Shown here: positions 1 to 8,683 of the stretch, piece after piece
Layout: each line of letters starts with the position of its first letter
Numbering within the stretch: the first letter of the stretch is position 1
Origin: Candidatus Kuenenia stuttgartensis
GTDB taxonomy: Bacteria; Planctomycetota; Brocadiia; Brocadiales; Brocadiaceae
Assembly (NCBI RefSeq): GCF_900232105.1
Contig: NZ_LT934425.1
Span: 2,400,001 to 2,432,000, forward strand
Reading direction: 5' to 3'
Length of the DNA stretch: 32,000 nt
Notes under the pieces: model-generated
Seen by the model: only the letters and a program-made list of their open reading frames with translations
The model's database searches: none
What the model was told of the DNA's origin: nothing
Position numbers and translations under genes: made by a program

Positions 1-1101
1 ATCTTGTGGGAAGTTTTGATAAAGTAATCTGCCCTCTCCTCGCAGTTGATCCATCAACTGGGTGCCGGGGAGGGGAGTAAGCAATGTGATCTGAACAATA
101 TCAATTCCCGATTGGACTAAAAAATCAGCTAATTTTTTATAATATAGAGAAGATTCATTATCATTGCCAATTATAAATGCCCCTAATACCCCTATTCCGT
201 ACTTGTGAAAACGATCAACTACTTTTTTATAATTTTCCACGCCAATCTTCAGATTAATCCCTTTTTTCATGTCCTTTAGCATTCCCTGGCTGATGGTCTC
301 AAAACCGATAAACACATACAAGCATCCGGATTGGGCTGCCAGTTCAATTACTCTCTCATCATCTGCTGCATTAATAGAGGTCTGCATCCACCACCTCTTA
401 TGTAATTTCCGCTGGATCATGCCCTTAAACAATTCCATAGCCCGGGCTTTACTCTCCGTGGTATAACCAATCAGATTATCGTCCACAAAGGTTATATATT
501 TTCCCTTTATCTCCTCAAGTTCATTCAGTATCTCCTGGGGCTTACGTTGGCGATATGCTTTACCAAGATGCTTAGATACCGAGCAGAAGTAACAATTAAA
601 CGGGCATCCGCGTGAAGTCTGCACAGAATGCCAGAAATAGTCAGGGTGCAGGAGATCATGACGGGGAGTGGTTTTAAACGTGGTTAAGTCCATTTGAACG
701 CCTACATATTTTGAGGACAGACGATTATTTTCAAAATCGTTAATCACCCTTTCCCATATACCTTCCGCCTCACCAATTAATACCGCATCAGCATACTGTA
801 GCGCCTCGTCCGGAAGCATCGAGACGTGTATTCCCCCCATAACCACCTTTGTTTTTCGTTCACGATACATACGTGCAATTTCGTAAGCACGGCTAATCGT
901 AGTAGTAAAGGCAGTGATAGCCACCAGGTCCGCTTCTTCAAACACAAACTTATCAAAATTTTCATCTACAATTTTAACATTCCAATTTGAGGGAGTCACT
1001 GCGGCTACATAGGCCAGACCTAATGGAGGAAAGGTGGAAAATTTACTCAGGAGATAACCACTTCTGCGACCTACTGGATTTATTAATAAAAGTTTTTTCA
1101 T
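1..1101 (-). CDS. Radical SAM protein with N-terminal B12-binding-like domain (C-terminus cut by window edge)
   Basis: Reverse-strand frame open from ATG at 1101 to the window edge (367 codons), so it is missing from the ORF track. Translation begins MKKLLLINPVGRRSGYLLSKFSTFPPLGLAYVAAV and contains the CxxxCxxC motif SRGCPFNCYFCSV, plus FVDDN and GTQL-type B12/rSAM family features. Confidence 0.9.
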   Translation of the reverse strand, partial: MKKLLLINPVGRRSGYLLSKFSTFPPLGLAYVAAVTPSNWNVKIVDENFDKFVFEEADLVAITAFTTTISRAYEIARMYRERKTKVVMGGIHVSMLPDEALQYADAVLIGEAEGIWERVINDFENNRLSSKYVGVQMDLTTFKTTPRHDLLHPDYFWHSVQTSRGCPFNCYFCSVSKHLGKAYRQRKPQEILNELEEIKGKYITFVDDNLIGYTTESKARAMELFKGMIQRKLHKRWWMQTSINAADDERVIELAAQSGCLYVFIGFETISQGMLKDMKKGINLKIGVENYKKVVDRFHKYGIGVLGAFIIGNDNESSLYYKKLADFLVQSGIDIVQITLLTPLPGTQLMDQLRGEGRLLYQNFPQD

Positions 1102-1330
1102 GCGTTATTTGTACTCTAAATACCACTTAATTTGAATAATAATTTTATATAGACGCATTTAACAGGTTATTGCAGAGTATTAATACTCTGCAATAACCTT
1201 TAACAAAAGGGCAGTTTTCGTGTTAATTTTTTTTTGATTGATAATGATATTTAGATTTGATTATATAGGCACGTTATCACACTTGAACCTTTGCATTTCA
1301 TTTCTTATCTCAAACAGGAGGATGTTTACT

Positions 1331-2620
1331 ATGAGTCGAAAAGGATTATTGAAAGGAATAGCTGTTCCTCTCTGTGTATTGTTTGTCATTTGTATCATTC
1401 CAAACGCGTATGGTTCCGGCTTCGCGATCTTTACCCAAGGGGCTACCGCACTCGGACAGGCAAATGCCGTAATTGCCAACTCTGATAGCCCGTCGGCTAT
1501 CTTTTTTAATCCTGCATTGATTAATAAACTCGACGGGACACAGATAGAAGCTGGGACGACCGTGCTTTTGCCTTCTAATGAATTTAGAAGTGATTTATCC
1601 GGAAAGACTTTTAAAACAGAAGAAGACGTGTTTTTCCCCTCCACGGTTTTTATCACCCATAAGTTCAATGATAAGGTTAGTGCCGGACTGGGCGTCTTTA
1701 ACTCTTTTGGATTGGGAATTGACTGGGGTGATGATTGGGAAGGAAGGTATATAGCTACCAATTCAGAATTACAAACCTTTAATATAAACCCCGTGGTTTC
1801 ATATCAGATAATGCCAAATATCGCATTCGCGGCAGGAGTTAACTACGTTCTGCTCGATACTACTTTAGAGAAACAGATAAATCTGTCTCCCTACGGGCTA
1901 TCCGACGCCGGACAACAATTTGACGGAGATGGTGATGGCATTGGATATAATCTTGGCTTTATCTACGACATTAACGAAGATATTTCCATCGGTACATCGT
2001 ACCGCAGCAAAATCGAGGTTGATATTGATGGCGACGCCGATTTTGACCTTCCCAACGGTACCCCTTCACTAATCAGCACACTATTTCAAAATACCGGAGG
2101 CAATGCAGACCTGACACTTCCGCAACAGGCTCATGTGGGAATTACCTATAGAGGCATAGACTGTCTTACGCTGGAAACTGGTTTGAGATGGGAAGGTTGG
2201 TCTTCCTTTGACGAATTAAAGATAAATCTTGATCAGCCGGTTGCCGGCAGTAAAACATCCGTTACCGAAAAAGATTGGAAAGATACCTATTCAGTAAATC
2301 TTGGCGCCAAATATCAGATAAATAAAACATTTGCATTGCTTGCAGGTTACCTGTACAGCGGAAACCCTGTACCCGACAAAACTTTTGACCCCATTGTCCC
2401 CGATGCCAATACACATCTTATTACCCTCGGAACCAATATTAAATTCAAACAATTCAGAATCGACATAGCATATGGTTATCAGCGGCTCGAAGGCAGGAGT
2501 AAAAACAATTCCATTGATGACAATCCCTCTGACTCCCTGGTAAATAGTGCCACCAGCGCGAGTGGAAAGTATGATAGTGATCTCCACTTGATTGGTATCA
2601 GCCTGGTGTATAATTTTTGA
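1331..2620 (+). CDS. Outer membrane protein, OmpP1/FadL/TodX-like transporter
   Basis: ORF 1238..2620. AGGAGG at about 1316-1321 favours the start at 1331 (MSRKGLLKGIAVPLCVLFVICIIPNAYG signal peptide). GFAIFTQGATALGQANAVIANSDSPSAIFFNPA is typical of the FadL family, and the ORF ends in an aromatic residue (YNF). Confidence 0.88.
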   Translation: MSRKGLLKGIAVPLCVLFVICIIPNAYGSGFAIFTQGATALGQANAVIANSDSPSAIFFNPALINKLDGTQIEAGTTVLLPSNEFRSDLSGKTFKTEEDVFFPSTVFITHKFNDKVSAGLGVFNSFGLGIDWGDDWEGRYIATNSELQTFNINPVVSYQIMPNIAFAAGVNYVLLDTTLEKQINLSPYGLSDAGQQFDGDGDGIGYNLGFIYDINEDISIGTSYRSKIEVDIDGDADFDLPNGTPSLISTLFQNTGGNADLTLPQQAHVGITYRGIDCLTLETGLRWEGWSSFDELKINLDQPVAGSKTSVTEKDWKDTYSVNLGAKYQINKTFALLAGYLYSGNPVPDKTFDPIVPDANTHLITLGTNIKFKQFRIDIAYGYQRLEGRSKNNSIDDNPSDSLVNSATSASGKYDSDLHLIGISLVYNF

Positions 2621-2670
2621 TTGTAGATTATGGAAGGCATTTATTTATATAGCACCCACATTCCTAATCC

Positions 2671-2765
2671 GGCATAGCCAGAAACTAAACAAACACGAAA
2701 ACAATCTGCAGTCCTCAATTCTCAATCTGCAATTTGACGACGACAGATTGCTGACTACAGAAGGG
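2671..2765. repeat. Dispersed intergenic repeat (GGCATAGCC / GCAATCTGCAGTCCTCA family)
   Basis: ggcatagccagaaactaaacaaacacgaaaacaatctgcagtcctcaa... resembles the reverse complement of segments at 21455-21510 and 26950-27015. The ctggctatgcc motif also occurs near 11055. Confidence 0.6.
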
Positions 2766-3134
2766 ACAATTAAACATTTTGCCAAAAAGCACGCACTGAC
2801 GAATGGAAGTGTGCAAAGAAATTACCAATAAGGTACTAATGCCATGCCCGGCAGAACCAGAAGATCAGAAGAATGCAGAGAACACTACCAACTACCCCAA
2901 AAACGAAAAATCCCCCGTTGTTGTCCTATTGCCGGAGAGAAAATGGGATACCCCCTGCCTGCAAATGCAAGAACCTCAAAACCATTCCAAAACAAAGAAG
3001 TACCGGAAAGAGTCGAAATGAAATGAAATCGTTTCACTATTTAAGCTGGTTTTTTATAATTTGTTGCAAAAAGACAAAAAATTAGTAGTATTTTGTAAGC
3101 TTCGTATTTAATCTTTTGAAAGAAACATAGTAAA

Positions 3135-5966
3135 ATGATTACTATACCCAAATCCATATCAAACTACTGCGAGCAAGCAATAATAGGTCTATTGCTTGCT
3201 GCAGTTGTCATTATTCCCCTGTTTTTTGATATACGCCTCTACAGCGTTTTTGACCTTAGCAAGGTCGCGGTTTTATATTTTTTTTCAATAGCTACGCTCG
3301 TAATCTGGACAATCTTACTAACGGTCAAACATGATTTTTCATTTTCGCATGTCTCGATAAACACGCCTATTCTTGCCTATATAGCAATCTTTATCATTGC
3401 AACAACGGTATCGATAAATCCGGTTATGAGCCTTTTCGGTACCTACAAGCGTTTTGAAGGGCTGGCGGCCACACTCTGCTATATATTTCTTTTTTACGTC
3501 ACAATACATTTCATCACTACGCGTACAAGGCTTTATATGCTTTTGATATCTATGGCCGTTTGCGCGTTAATTTCTTCAATTTATGGGATTTTTCAGCGAT
3601 GCGGTGTGGATTATTTTACATGGAGCAGCAGTGGCCCCCGGGTATTTTCAACATTTGGAAATCCTGTATTCTTTGCAGCGCAGCTTGTTATGGTACTGCC
3701 CGTGGTCGTTTCTTTATTTTTCATAGGCTTTAAAGAGAAAGAGGGCAAAGATGGTATTTTCATTAACAATCGATATGCCATCTGGAGTTTTTATGTAGTA
3801 TCGGTGATCATATACATCGCCTTTTGGCTTACCAATACCAGGGCATGTTTTGTAGCGCTTCTTGGCGGGATCGTACCGTTTCTCTTTTTCATTTTTATAA
3901 AACGATCTACCGAAAGGTATCCATTCTTAATACTTGTTGTTTCATTCTTTATTATAGGGATATTCTTTAATGTGAAGCCTGAAACGTCATTTATTAAACA
4001 TTTTGCTGCTGATGTGCAAAATGAAAAGGATTCGTCAGATTTTTTTATTGATAAAGAGGCGGAAGAAAAAAGTATATCCCGGAAGCCAAGGCCATGGATT
4101 GCCGGAAAATTTTCTGTTACAGGATCCTCCTTTTCCAGGATTTTTCAATATCTGGCGGCTGTTGAAATCATAAAGGACTATCCGGCCCTTGGCATTGGTC
4201 CAGATACCATAGGGATTGTTTTTCAAAAAAATCTGGCAAAGGTATTTTCTGTTTTAGAAGAGGATAATGGATTTCAGTTTCCCCGTCAGGATAGAATCCA
4301 TAATGATATCCTTGATACTGCCGTCACCCGGGGCATCCTGGGTTTGGGAACGTATGTGTGGCTGTTGACTGCCTTTGGGGTATATGTTGGCAGGAATTAC
4401 AGGAGATTAAACAATCGGGATAAGATCCTTATATTAGGGCTTTCATCCGGAATAGTTTGCTATCTCATTCAGAATCAATTTAGCTTTGGAAACACCCCCA
4501 TTGTGACGCTTTTCTGGGTGATGATGGGGCTTTGTATTTCGATAATAAAAATAAATACCGCCGAAGGAAATGGCGCGGGCGAAGAAGCGCAGTTAAAGCA
4601 AAAAAAAATCCTTCAAAAGAAAGAGAATGTCCCTTCCCCTGGCAAAATCTGTTTTAAGTGGATTTGTTGTGTATCGATACTTGCCATGTTGGGTTTTATC
4701 ACCTTATTTGTTTTGCGTATATACAAGGCGGATATGAATTTTGAATATGGCAGAAGGATATTGAATTATTCTGAGAGAGAAAATTCAGCACTGATGGTTG
4801 ATAAAGGACTGTTCTTTATCAACAGGGCAGTCCTTCTCAACCCTTATGAAACCACGTATCGTGACGAATTATGCAAAGTATATTTACAAAAAGCATCAAA
4901 TACAAATGATGAGAAATGGATACAAAAGGCATTTGTCCATGCGGGTAATTCTTTAAAGGTTATTCCGGAACATTTTGTAGGTTTTTTTCATTTTGGCATG
5001 ATTTATCAGATGTTAGCGGAAAAATTTAATCGGCCTACGATTGATCAGGCGATTGATTTTTATAGCAAAGCGATAGAAATGGACCCGTTTCAGGCGCAAT
5101 TTCACGGCAATCTTGGGTTTTTATATCTCAATAAGGGGAATACGGATCGCGCACTGGAGGAATTCTATCAGGCGTATTTGATTCGGCCAGCAACCGTCAC
5201 CTATTTAGAGCGATTGACCAATATTTATTTACAAAAAGGGGAGATGGAGAAGGCACTCTATTTTGCGGAAAAGGCGGTTGAAATAAATCCTGCAGAACCT
5301 GTGTATTATAATAACTTAGGTGCGATTTTTCTTAAAAAAGGCATGCCGGATAAAGCGATTGAAAGTTTCAAAAAGGCGCTGGAACTTAGTCAGAACGGAC
5401 AAGTTTACCTGGAGAATTTAACAAATGCCTGTTTGTCTGCGGGAAAATATGAAGAACTTTTGGATTGTTACAAAAAACTCATTGAACGGAATCCTTCCGT
5501 TGCAGACTACTATAATAATGTTGGCGTTATTTATAAAAAAAAACAACAATATGATGAGGCCGTCCGATATTCTCAGAAGGCCGTGTCATTGGCGCCTGAG
5601 AATCCCATTTATACACACAATTTAGCGGGGGAATATGTTGATTTACAGCAGCATGACCGGGCAGAAACCCTTTTACGCGAGTTTAATATGGCCTACCCGG
5701 AGCATGGTTATGTAAATATTTATTTGCTACTTGCAGATATTTACCTGAAAAATTTCGACTGGGAAAATGCAGTGCACGAGTGCCAGAGAGTAATACAAAT
5801 AGATAAAAAATCAATCGATGCACACAGGATACTTGGCGTTGTTTATTATAATAGGGAACAATATGATCTGGCGAAGGAGGCATTGGAAAACACGCTAACG
5901 CTTGCACCTGATGATAAGGTCGCCAGGGAATTACTCGAAAAGATTGAAGAAAAAACCAGGGAGTAA
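3135..5966 (+). CDS. O-antigen ligase-like (WzyC-type) multi-pass membrane protein with C-terminal TPR repeats
   Basis: 943 aa. Many hydrophobic segments, central YPALGIGPDTIG...HNDILDTAVTRGILGLGTYVWLL region typical of Wzy_C/O-antigen ligases, then TPR units such as AQFHGNLGFLYLNKGNTDRALEEFYQAYLIRP. Confidence 0.85.
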   Translation: MITIPKSISNYCEQAIIGLLLAAVVIIPLFFDIRLYSVFDLSKVAVLYFFSIATLVIWTILLTVKHDFSFSHVSINTPILAYIAIFIIATTVSINPVMSLFGTYKRFEGLAATLCYIFLFYVTIHFITTRTRLYMLLISMAVCALISSIYGIFQRCGVDYFTWSSSGPRVFSTFGNPVFFAAQLVMVLPVVVSLFFIGFKEKEGKDGIFINNRYAIWSFYVVSVIIYIAFWLTNTRACFVALLGGIVPFLFFIFIKRSTERYPFLILVVSFFIIGIFFNVKPETSFIKHFAADVQNEKDSSDFFIDKEAEEKSISRKPRPWIAGKFSVTGSSFSRIFQYLAAVEIIKDYPALGIGPDTIGIVFQKNLAKVFSVLEEDNGFQFPRQDRIHNDILDTAVTRGILGLGTYVWLLTAFGVYVGRNYRRLNNRDKILILGLSSGIVCYLIQNQFSFGNTPIVTLFWVMMGLCISIIKINTAEGNGAGEEAQLKQKKILQKKENVPSPGKICFKWICCVSILAMLGFITLFVLRIYKADMNFEYGRRILNYSERENSALMVDKGLFFINRAVLLNPYETTYRDELCKVYLQKASNTNDEKWIQKAFVHAGNSLKVIPEHFVGFFHFGMIYQMLAEKFNRPTIDQAIDFYSKAIEMDPFQAQFHGNLGFLYLNKGNTDRALEEFYQAYLIRPATVTYLERLTNIYLQKGEMEKALYFAEKAVEINPAEPVYYNNLGAIFLKKGMPDKAIESFKKALELSQNGQVYLENLTNACLSAGKYEELLDCYKKLIERNPSVADYYNNVGVIYKKKQQYDEAVRYSQKAVSLAPENPIYTHNLAGEYVDLQQHDRAETLLREFNMAYPEHGYVNIYLLLADIYLKNFDWENAVHECQRVIQIDKKSIDAHRILGVVYYNREQYDLAKEALENTLTLAPDDKVARELLEKIEEKTRE

Positions 5967-6010
5967 AAGATGTCGTTGGTGAGGTTTGTATGCGTTGTTA
6001 TTTTTCTCGT

Positions 6011-6139
6011 GTAACTATTCAGCGTAATTTATTAAATTACCCGGAGATCAGAGCGCAACTCGTTCCCAAACCTTGTACTGAACATAGTGAAGTATCTGTT
6101 TGGGAACGAGCCGTGTATCGTTTTACGCTGAATAGTTGC
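6011..6139. repeat. Small MITE-like element with nested inverted repeats
   Basis: Outer arms aactattcagcgtaa (6013-6027) / ttacgctgaatagtt (6123-6137), perfect 15 bp. Inner arms ctcgttcccaaac (6059-6071) / gtttgggaacgag (6098-6110), perfect 13 bp. A related copy lies at about 18590-18680. Confidence 0.8.
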
Positions 6140-6182
6140 TTTCTCGTTGCTTTTTTGTACTATTTTTGCTATCTATAAATCC

Positions 6183-6842
6183 ATGTTTAAATCATATGAC
6201 CTTATAAAAAAACTGGAACCAAAAATTGGCGAAGATGAAGCCCGGGATCTTATCGAGTTCATTGAGGCTTACAGGGGAGACGGTGCAACCAAAGCAGACA
6301 TTGAGTTGCTAAAAATTGACGGTGAAAAAACGAGAAACGCGCTTGGTGTTAAAATTGATCGAACAAAAAGTGAACTTGAAGGCAAAATCGACCAAACAAA
6401 GAGTGAACTTGAAGGCAAAATCGATCGAACAAAAAGTGAACTTGAAGACAAAATCGATCGAACAAAAAGTGAACTTGAAGACAAAATCGATCGAACAAAA
6501 AGTGAACTTGAAGACAAAATCGACCAAACAAATAGTGAACTTGAAGGCAAAATCGACCAAACAAAAAGTGACTTTGAAGGCAAAATCGATCGAACAAAAA
6601 ATGAACTTGAAGGCAAAATCGACCGAACAAAAAGTGAACTTGGAGACAAAATCGACCGAACAAAAAGTGACCTTGAAGGCAAAATCGATCGAACAAAAAG
6701 TGAACTTGAAGGCAAAATTGAAAATTCCAAGCTTGAACTATCAGGCAAAATCTATATTGCTAAAATCGACCTGCTTAAGTGGCTTTTTGGTTTCTGGATT
6801 ACGCTCTTAGGCACAATTGTCTTCCTGTGGTTTTCTAAATAA
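6183..6842 (+). CDS. Coiled-coil protein made of 11-residue repeats with a C-terminal transmembrane segment (CCDC90/DUF1640-like architecture)
   Basis: ORF 6147..6842, with ATG at 6183 (MFKSYDLIKKLEPKIGEDEARDLIEF) the plausible start. KIDRTKSELEG-type units repeat in tandem, then LLKWLFGFWITLLGTIVFLWFSK. Confidence 0.8.
   Translation: MFKSYDLIKKLEPKIGEDEARDLIEFIEAYRGDGATKADIELLKIDGEKTRNALGVKIDRTKSELEGKIDQTKSELEGKIDRTKSELEDKIDRTKSELEDKIDRTKSELEDKIDQTNSELEGKIDQTKSDFEGKIDRTKNELEGKIDRTKSELGDKIDRTKSDLEGKIDRTKSELEGKIENSKLELSGKIYIAKIDLLKWLFGFWITLLGTIVFLWFSK
6351..6713 (+). repeat. In-frame 33-bp tandem repeat, about 11 copies
   Basis: Unit approx. AAAATCGATCGAACAAAAAGTGAACTTGAAGGC (KIDRTKSELEG). 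Eleven units fit exactly in 363 bp, followed by two degenerate units to about 6779. Confidence 0.92.
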
Positions 6843-6954
6843 TCATCCCTAAACGGACATTTTAAAAACATATTCATTTCCCTACCTGCCAGTCATTATT
6901 TTTTTCAAAACGAATTTATTTAAAAGAATCCATATCCCATAGCCATACACGGGC

Positions 6955-8343
6955 ATGGTGGAGAAAATGTGCATGGACGTTTTTTTTAATCCCTCATCGG
7001 TTGCCATTATCGGTGCTACGGAAAAAACCGGCAGTGTGCCTGGAATTATACTGAAAAATCTTCTAGATATGGGTTTTGCCGGAAGAATTTATCCCGTAAA
7101 CCCAAAATATAGGGAAGTTTTTGGCTTACAATGTTTTCCTGCACTGTCTGATATTTCTGAGGAAATTGCGCTTACCGTTATTGCAATACCGGCTTCGTTT
7201 GTATTGGAAATCGTGAAGCAGCAGGCGCAGAAGGGAGTCCATTATGCCGTAATAATCAGTGCGGGATTTCGCGAAATGGGCGCAGAGGGTATTCAAATGG
7301 AAGAGGATATCCGGAAAGTTGCGCTTGAAAATAATATTCGCATTATAGGCCCCAACTGCCTGGGGGTTTTAGATAATTATGCGAACTTTACCACATCTTT
7401 CTTGTCATGGGAAAGGATTACTAAACCAAAAAGAGGCGCCCTCTCAATTCTTTCGCAAAGCGGGGCATTTGCCATCACTGTATTGGATTTAGCGGCCCAG
7501 GAGGGAATAGGTATCGCTAAAATGGTGAATTACGGAAACCGGATGGATGTGGGAGAGTCCGATCTTTTGCCGTTTTTAAAGGAAGACCATCATACAAAAG
7601 TTGTAGCCATTTATATGGAATCGGTTGATCACGGAAGACGGTTTATTGAAGCCGCAAAAGCCTGTTCCAGGGAAAAACCTATTGTAGCGTTGAAAGTAGG
7701 AAAGGGCGCTGCAGGGGTAGCGGCTGCTAAATCGCATACCGGAGCAATTGCAGGAAACTATGAAATATATAAAGCGGCATTTCTGAAGGCAGGCATTATT
7801 GAGGCAAATGGCCTTGAAGAATTTATTGACGGGATAAAGGCCCTTTCCATGCAATCCCCTCCCATGGGTAACAAAATATTAATCGTAACAAATGGAGGGG
7901 GCTTTGGCGTTATTGTGGCGGATTATTGCGCCCAAAACGGTTTGGAAGTGACGCCTCCTTCGCCTGAATTAAAGGAGAAATTAAAGGAGAAATTCGCTAA
8001 GTTTTACGTTGTGAATAATCCGGTAGACTTAACGGGAAGCGCGTGCGATGATGATTATCGCGTTGTTTTGCAAACTTGTATGGTCGAAAGCGATGAATAT
8101 GACGCGGTTATTATTATACCGCTTATGTCGCCGAAAGGGATGTCTGAGAAAATTGTATCCGTTATTGATGAGACAATGAAGGCATCGGGGAAACCCGCTG
8201 TTGTGTGTACCGTTGGCGGAGTTTTCGCCACGAAGATAAAACGGTTATTGGAAGAACGGCATTATCCCGTATACCCCTCTCCGGAAAGAAGCGCAAAGGC
8301 CATGGGCATGTTGTTGGAGAGAAAGATGTTGCAGGCGCATTAA
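6955..8343 (+). CDS. ADP-forming acetyl/acyl-CoA synthetase, alpha-subunit-like (CoA-binding + succinyl-CoA ligase-like domains)
   Basis: SVAIIGATEKTGSVPGIILKNL...GRIYPVNPKY (CoA-binding), GPNCLGVLD, LSQSGAFA, GVAAAKSHTGAIAGNYEIYKAAF with the conserved His. No ATP-grasp domain in the ORF. Confidence 0.85.
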   Translation: MVEKMCMDVFFNPSSVAIIGATEKTGSVPGIILKNLLDMGFAGRIYPVNPKYREVFGLQCFPALSDISEEIALTVIAIPASFVLEIVKQQAQKGVHYAVIISAGFREMGAEGIQMEEDIRKVALENNIRIIGPNCLGVLDNYANFTTSFLSWERITKPKRGALSILSQSGAFAITVLDLAAQEGIGIAKMVNYGNRMDVGESDLLPFLKEDHHTKVVAIYMESVDHGRRFIEAAKACSREKPIVALKVGKGAAGVAAAKSHTGAIAGNYEIYKAAFLKAGIIEANGLEEFIDGIKALSMQSPPMGNKILIVTNGGGFGVIVADYCAQNGLEVTPPSPELKEKLKEKFAKFYVVNNPVDLTGSACDDDYRVVLQTCMVESDEYDAVIIIPLMSPKGMSEKIVSVIDETMKASGKPAVVCTVGGVFATKIKRLLEERHYPVYPSPERSAKAMGMLLERKMLQAH

Positions 8344-8408
8344 AGGAAAGGCAGATAAATTAAAAATTTTCATTCACAATTAAACTGATTTTTGGTAAAA
8401 ATAATAGG

Positions 8409-8492
8409 GCGTTGGTGCCGGGGAAAAGCCTTGGTAGTATATCGCTCAGTTTTGGGCTTATCTGAGCAGCTTCGACACCGACGCTCTTTTTT
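8409..8492 (+). terminator. Structured element ending in a T-tract: complex terminator or small structured RNA
   Basis: gcgttggtgccg (8409-8420) pairs with cgacaccgacgc (8473-8484) over 12 bp with two G-U pairs. Inner stem gctcag/ctgagc (8444-8449/8462-8467). T8 run follows. Confidence 0.55.
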
Positions 8493-8510
8493 TTCTTTAT
8501 ACAAACTGTA

Positions 8511-8578
8511 AGGGCGAAGCATTTGCCATAAATTGTCATAAATGCGTTCGTACCTAAACTGGCAAATGCTTCGCCCCT
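8511..8578. repeat. Inverted-repeat intergenic element
   Basis: agggcgaagcatttgcca (8511-8528) and tggcaaatgcttcgcccct (8560-8578): 18-bp perfect arms with a loop of about 31 nt. Confidence 0.8.
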
Positions 8579-8683
8579 ACCCTGGTAGAATTGCTACCGT
8601 GTCTTAAGCCGATAAATAATAAACATATAGTTCTTGAACAGAGAACATGGCGGCCATTACCTTTATAGAAAATATCATTCTTT

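Noticed and set aside
2592-3085. Three overlapping small + ORFs (79, 72, 60-70 aa)
   Set aside because: They run through dispersed repeat sequence with no RBS or domain signature.
6351-6713. CRISPR-like array
   Set aside because: Units are contiguous 33-bp coding repeats with no spacers.
6269-6748. Antisense ORF of 159 aa plus further + and - ORFs across the 33-bp repeat region
   Set aside because: A repeat unit divisible by three with no stop in any frame leaves all frames open. The sense coiled-coil frame has a sensible start, cap and membrane helix.
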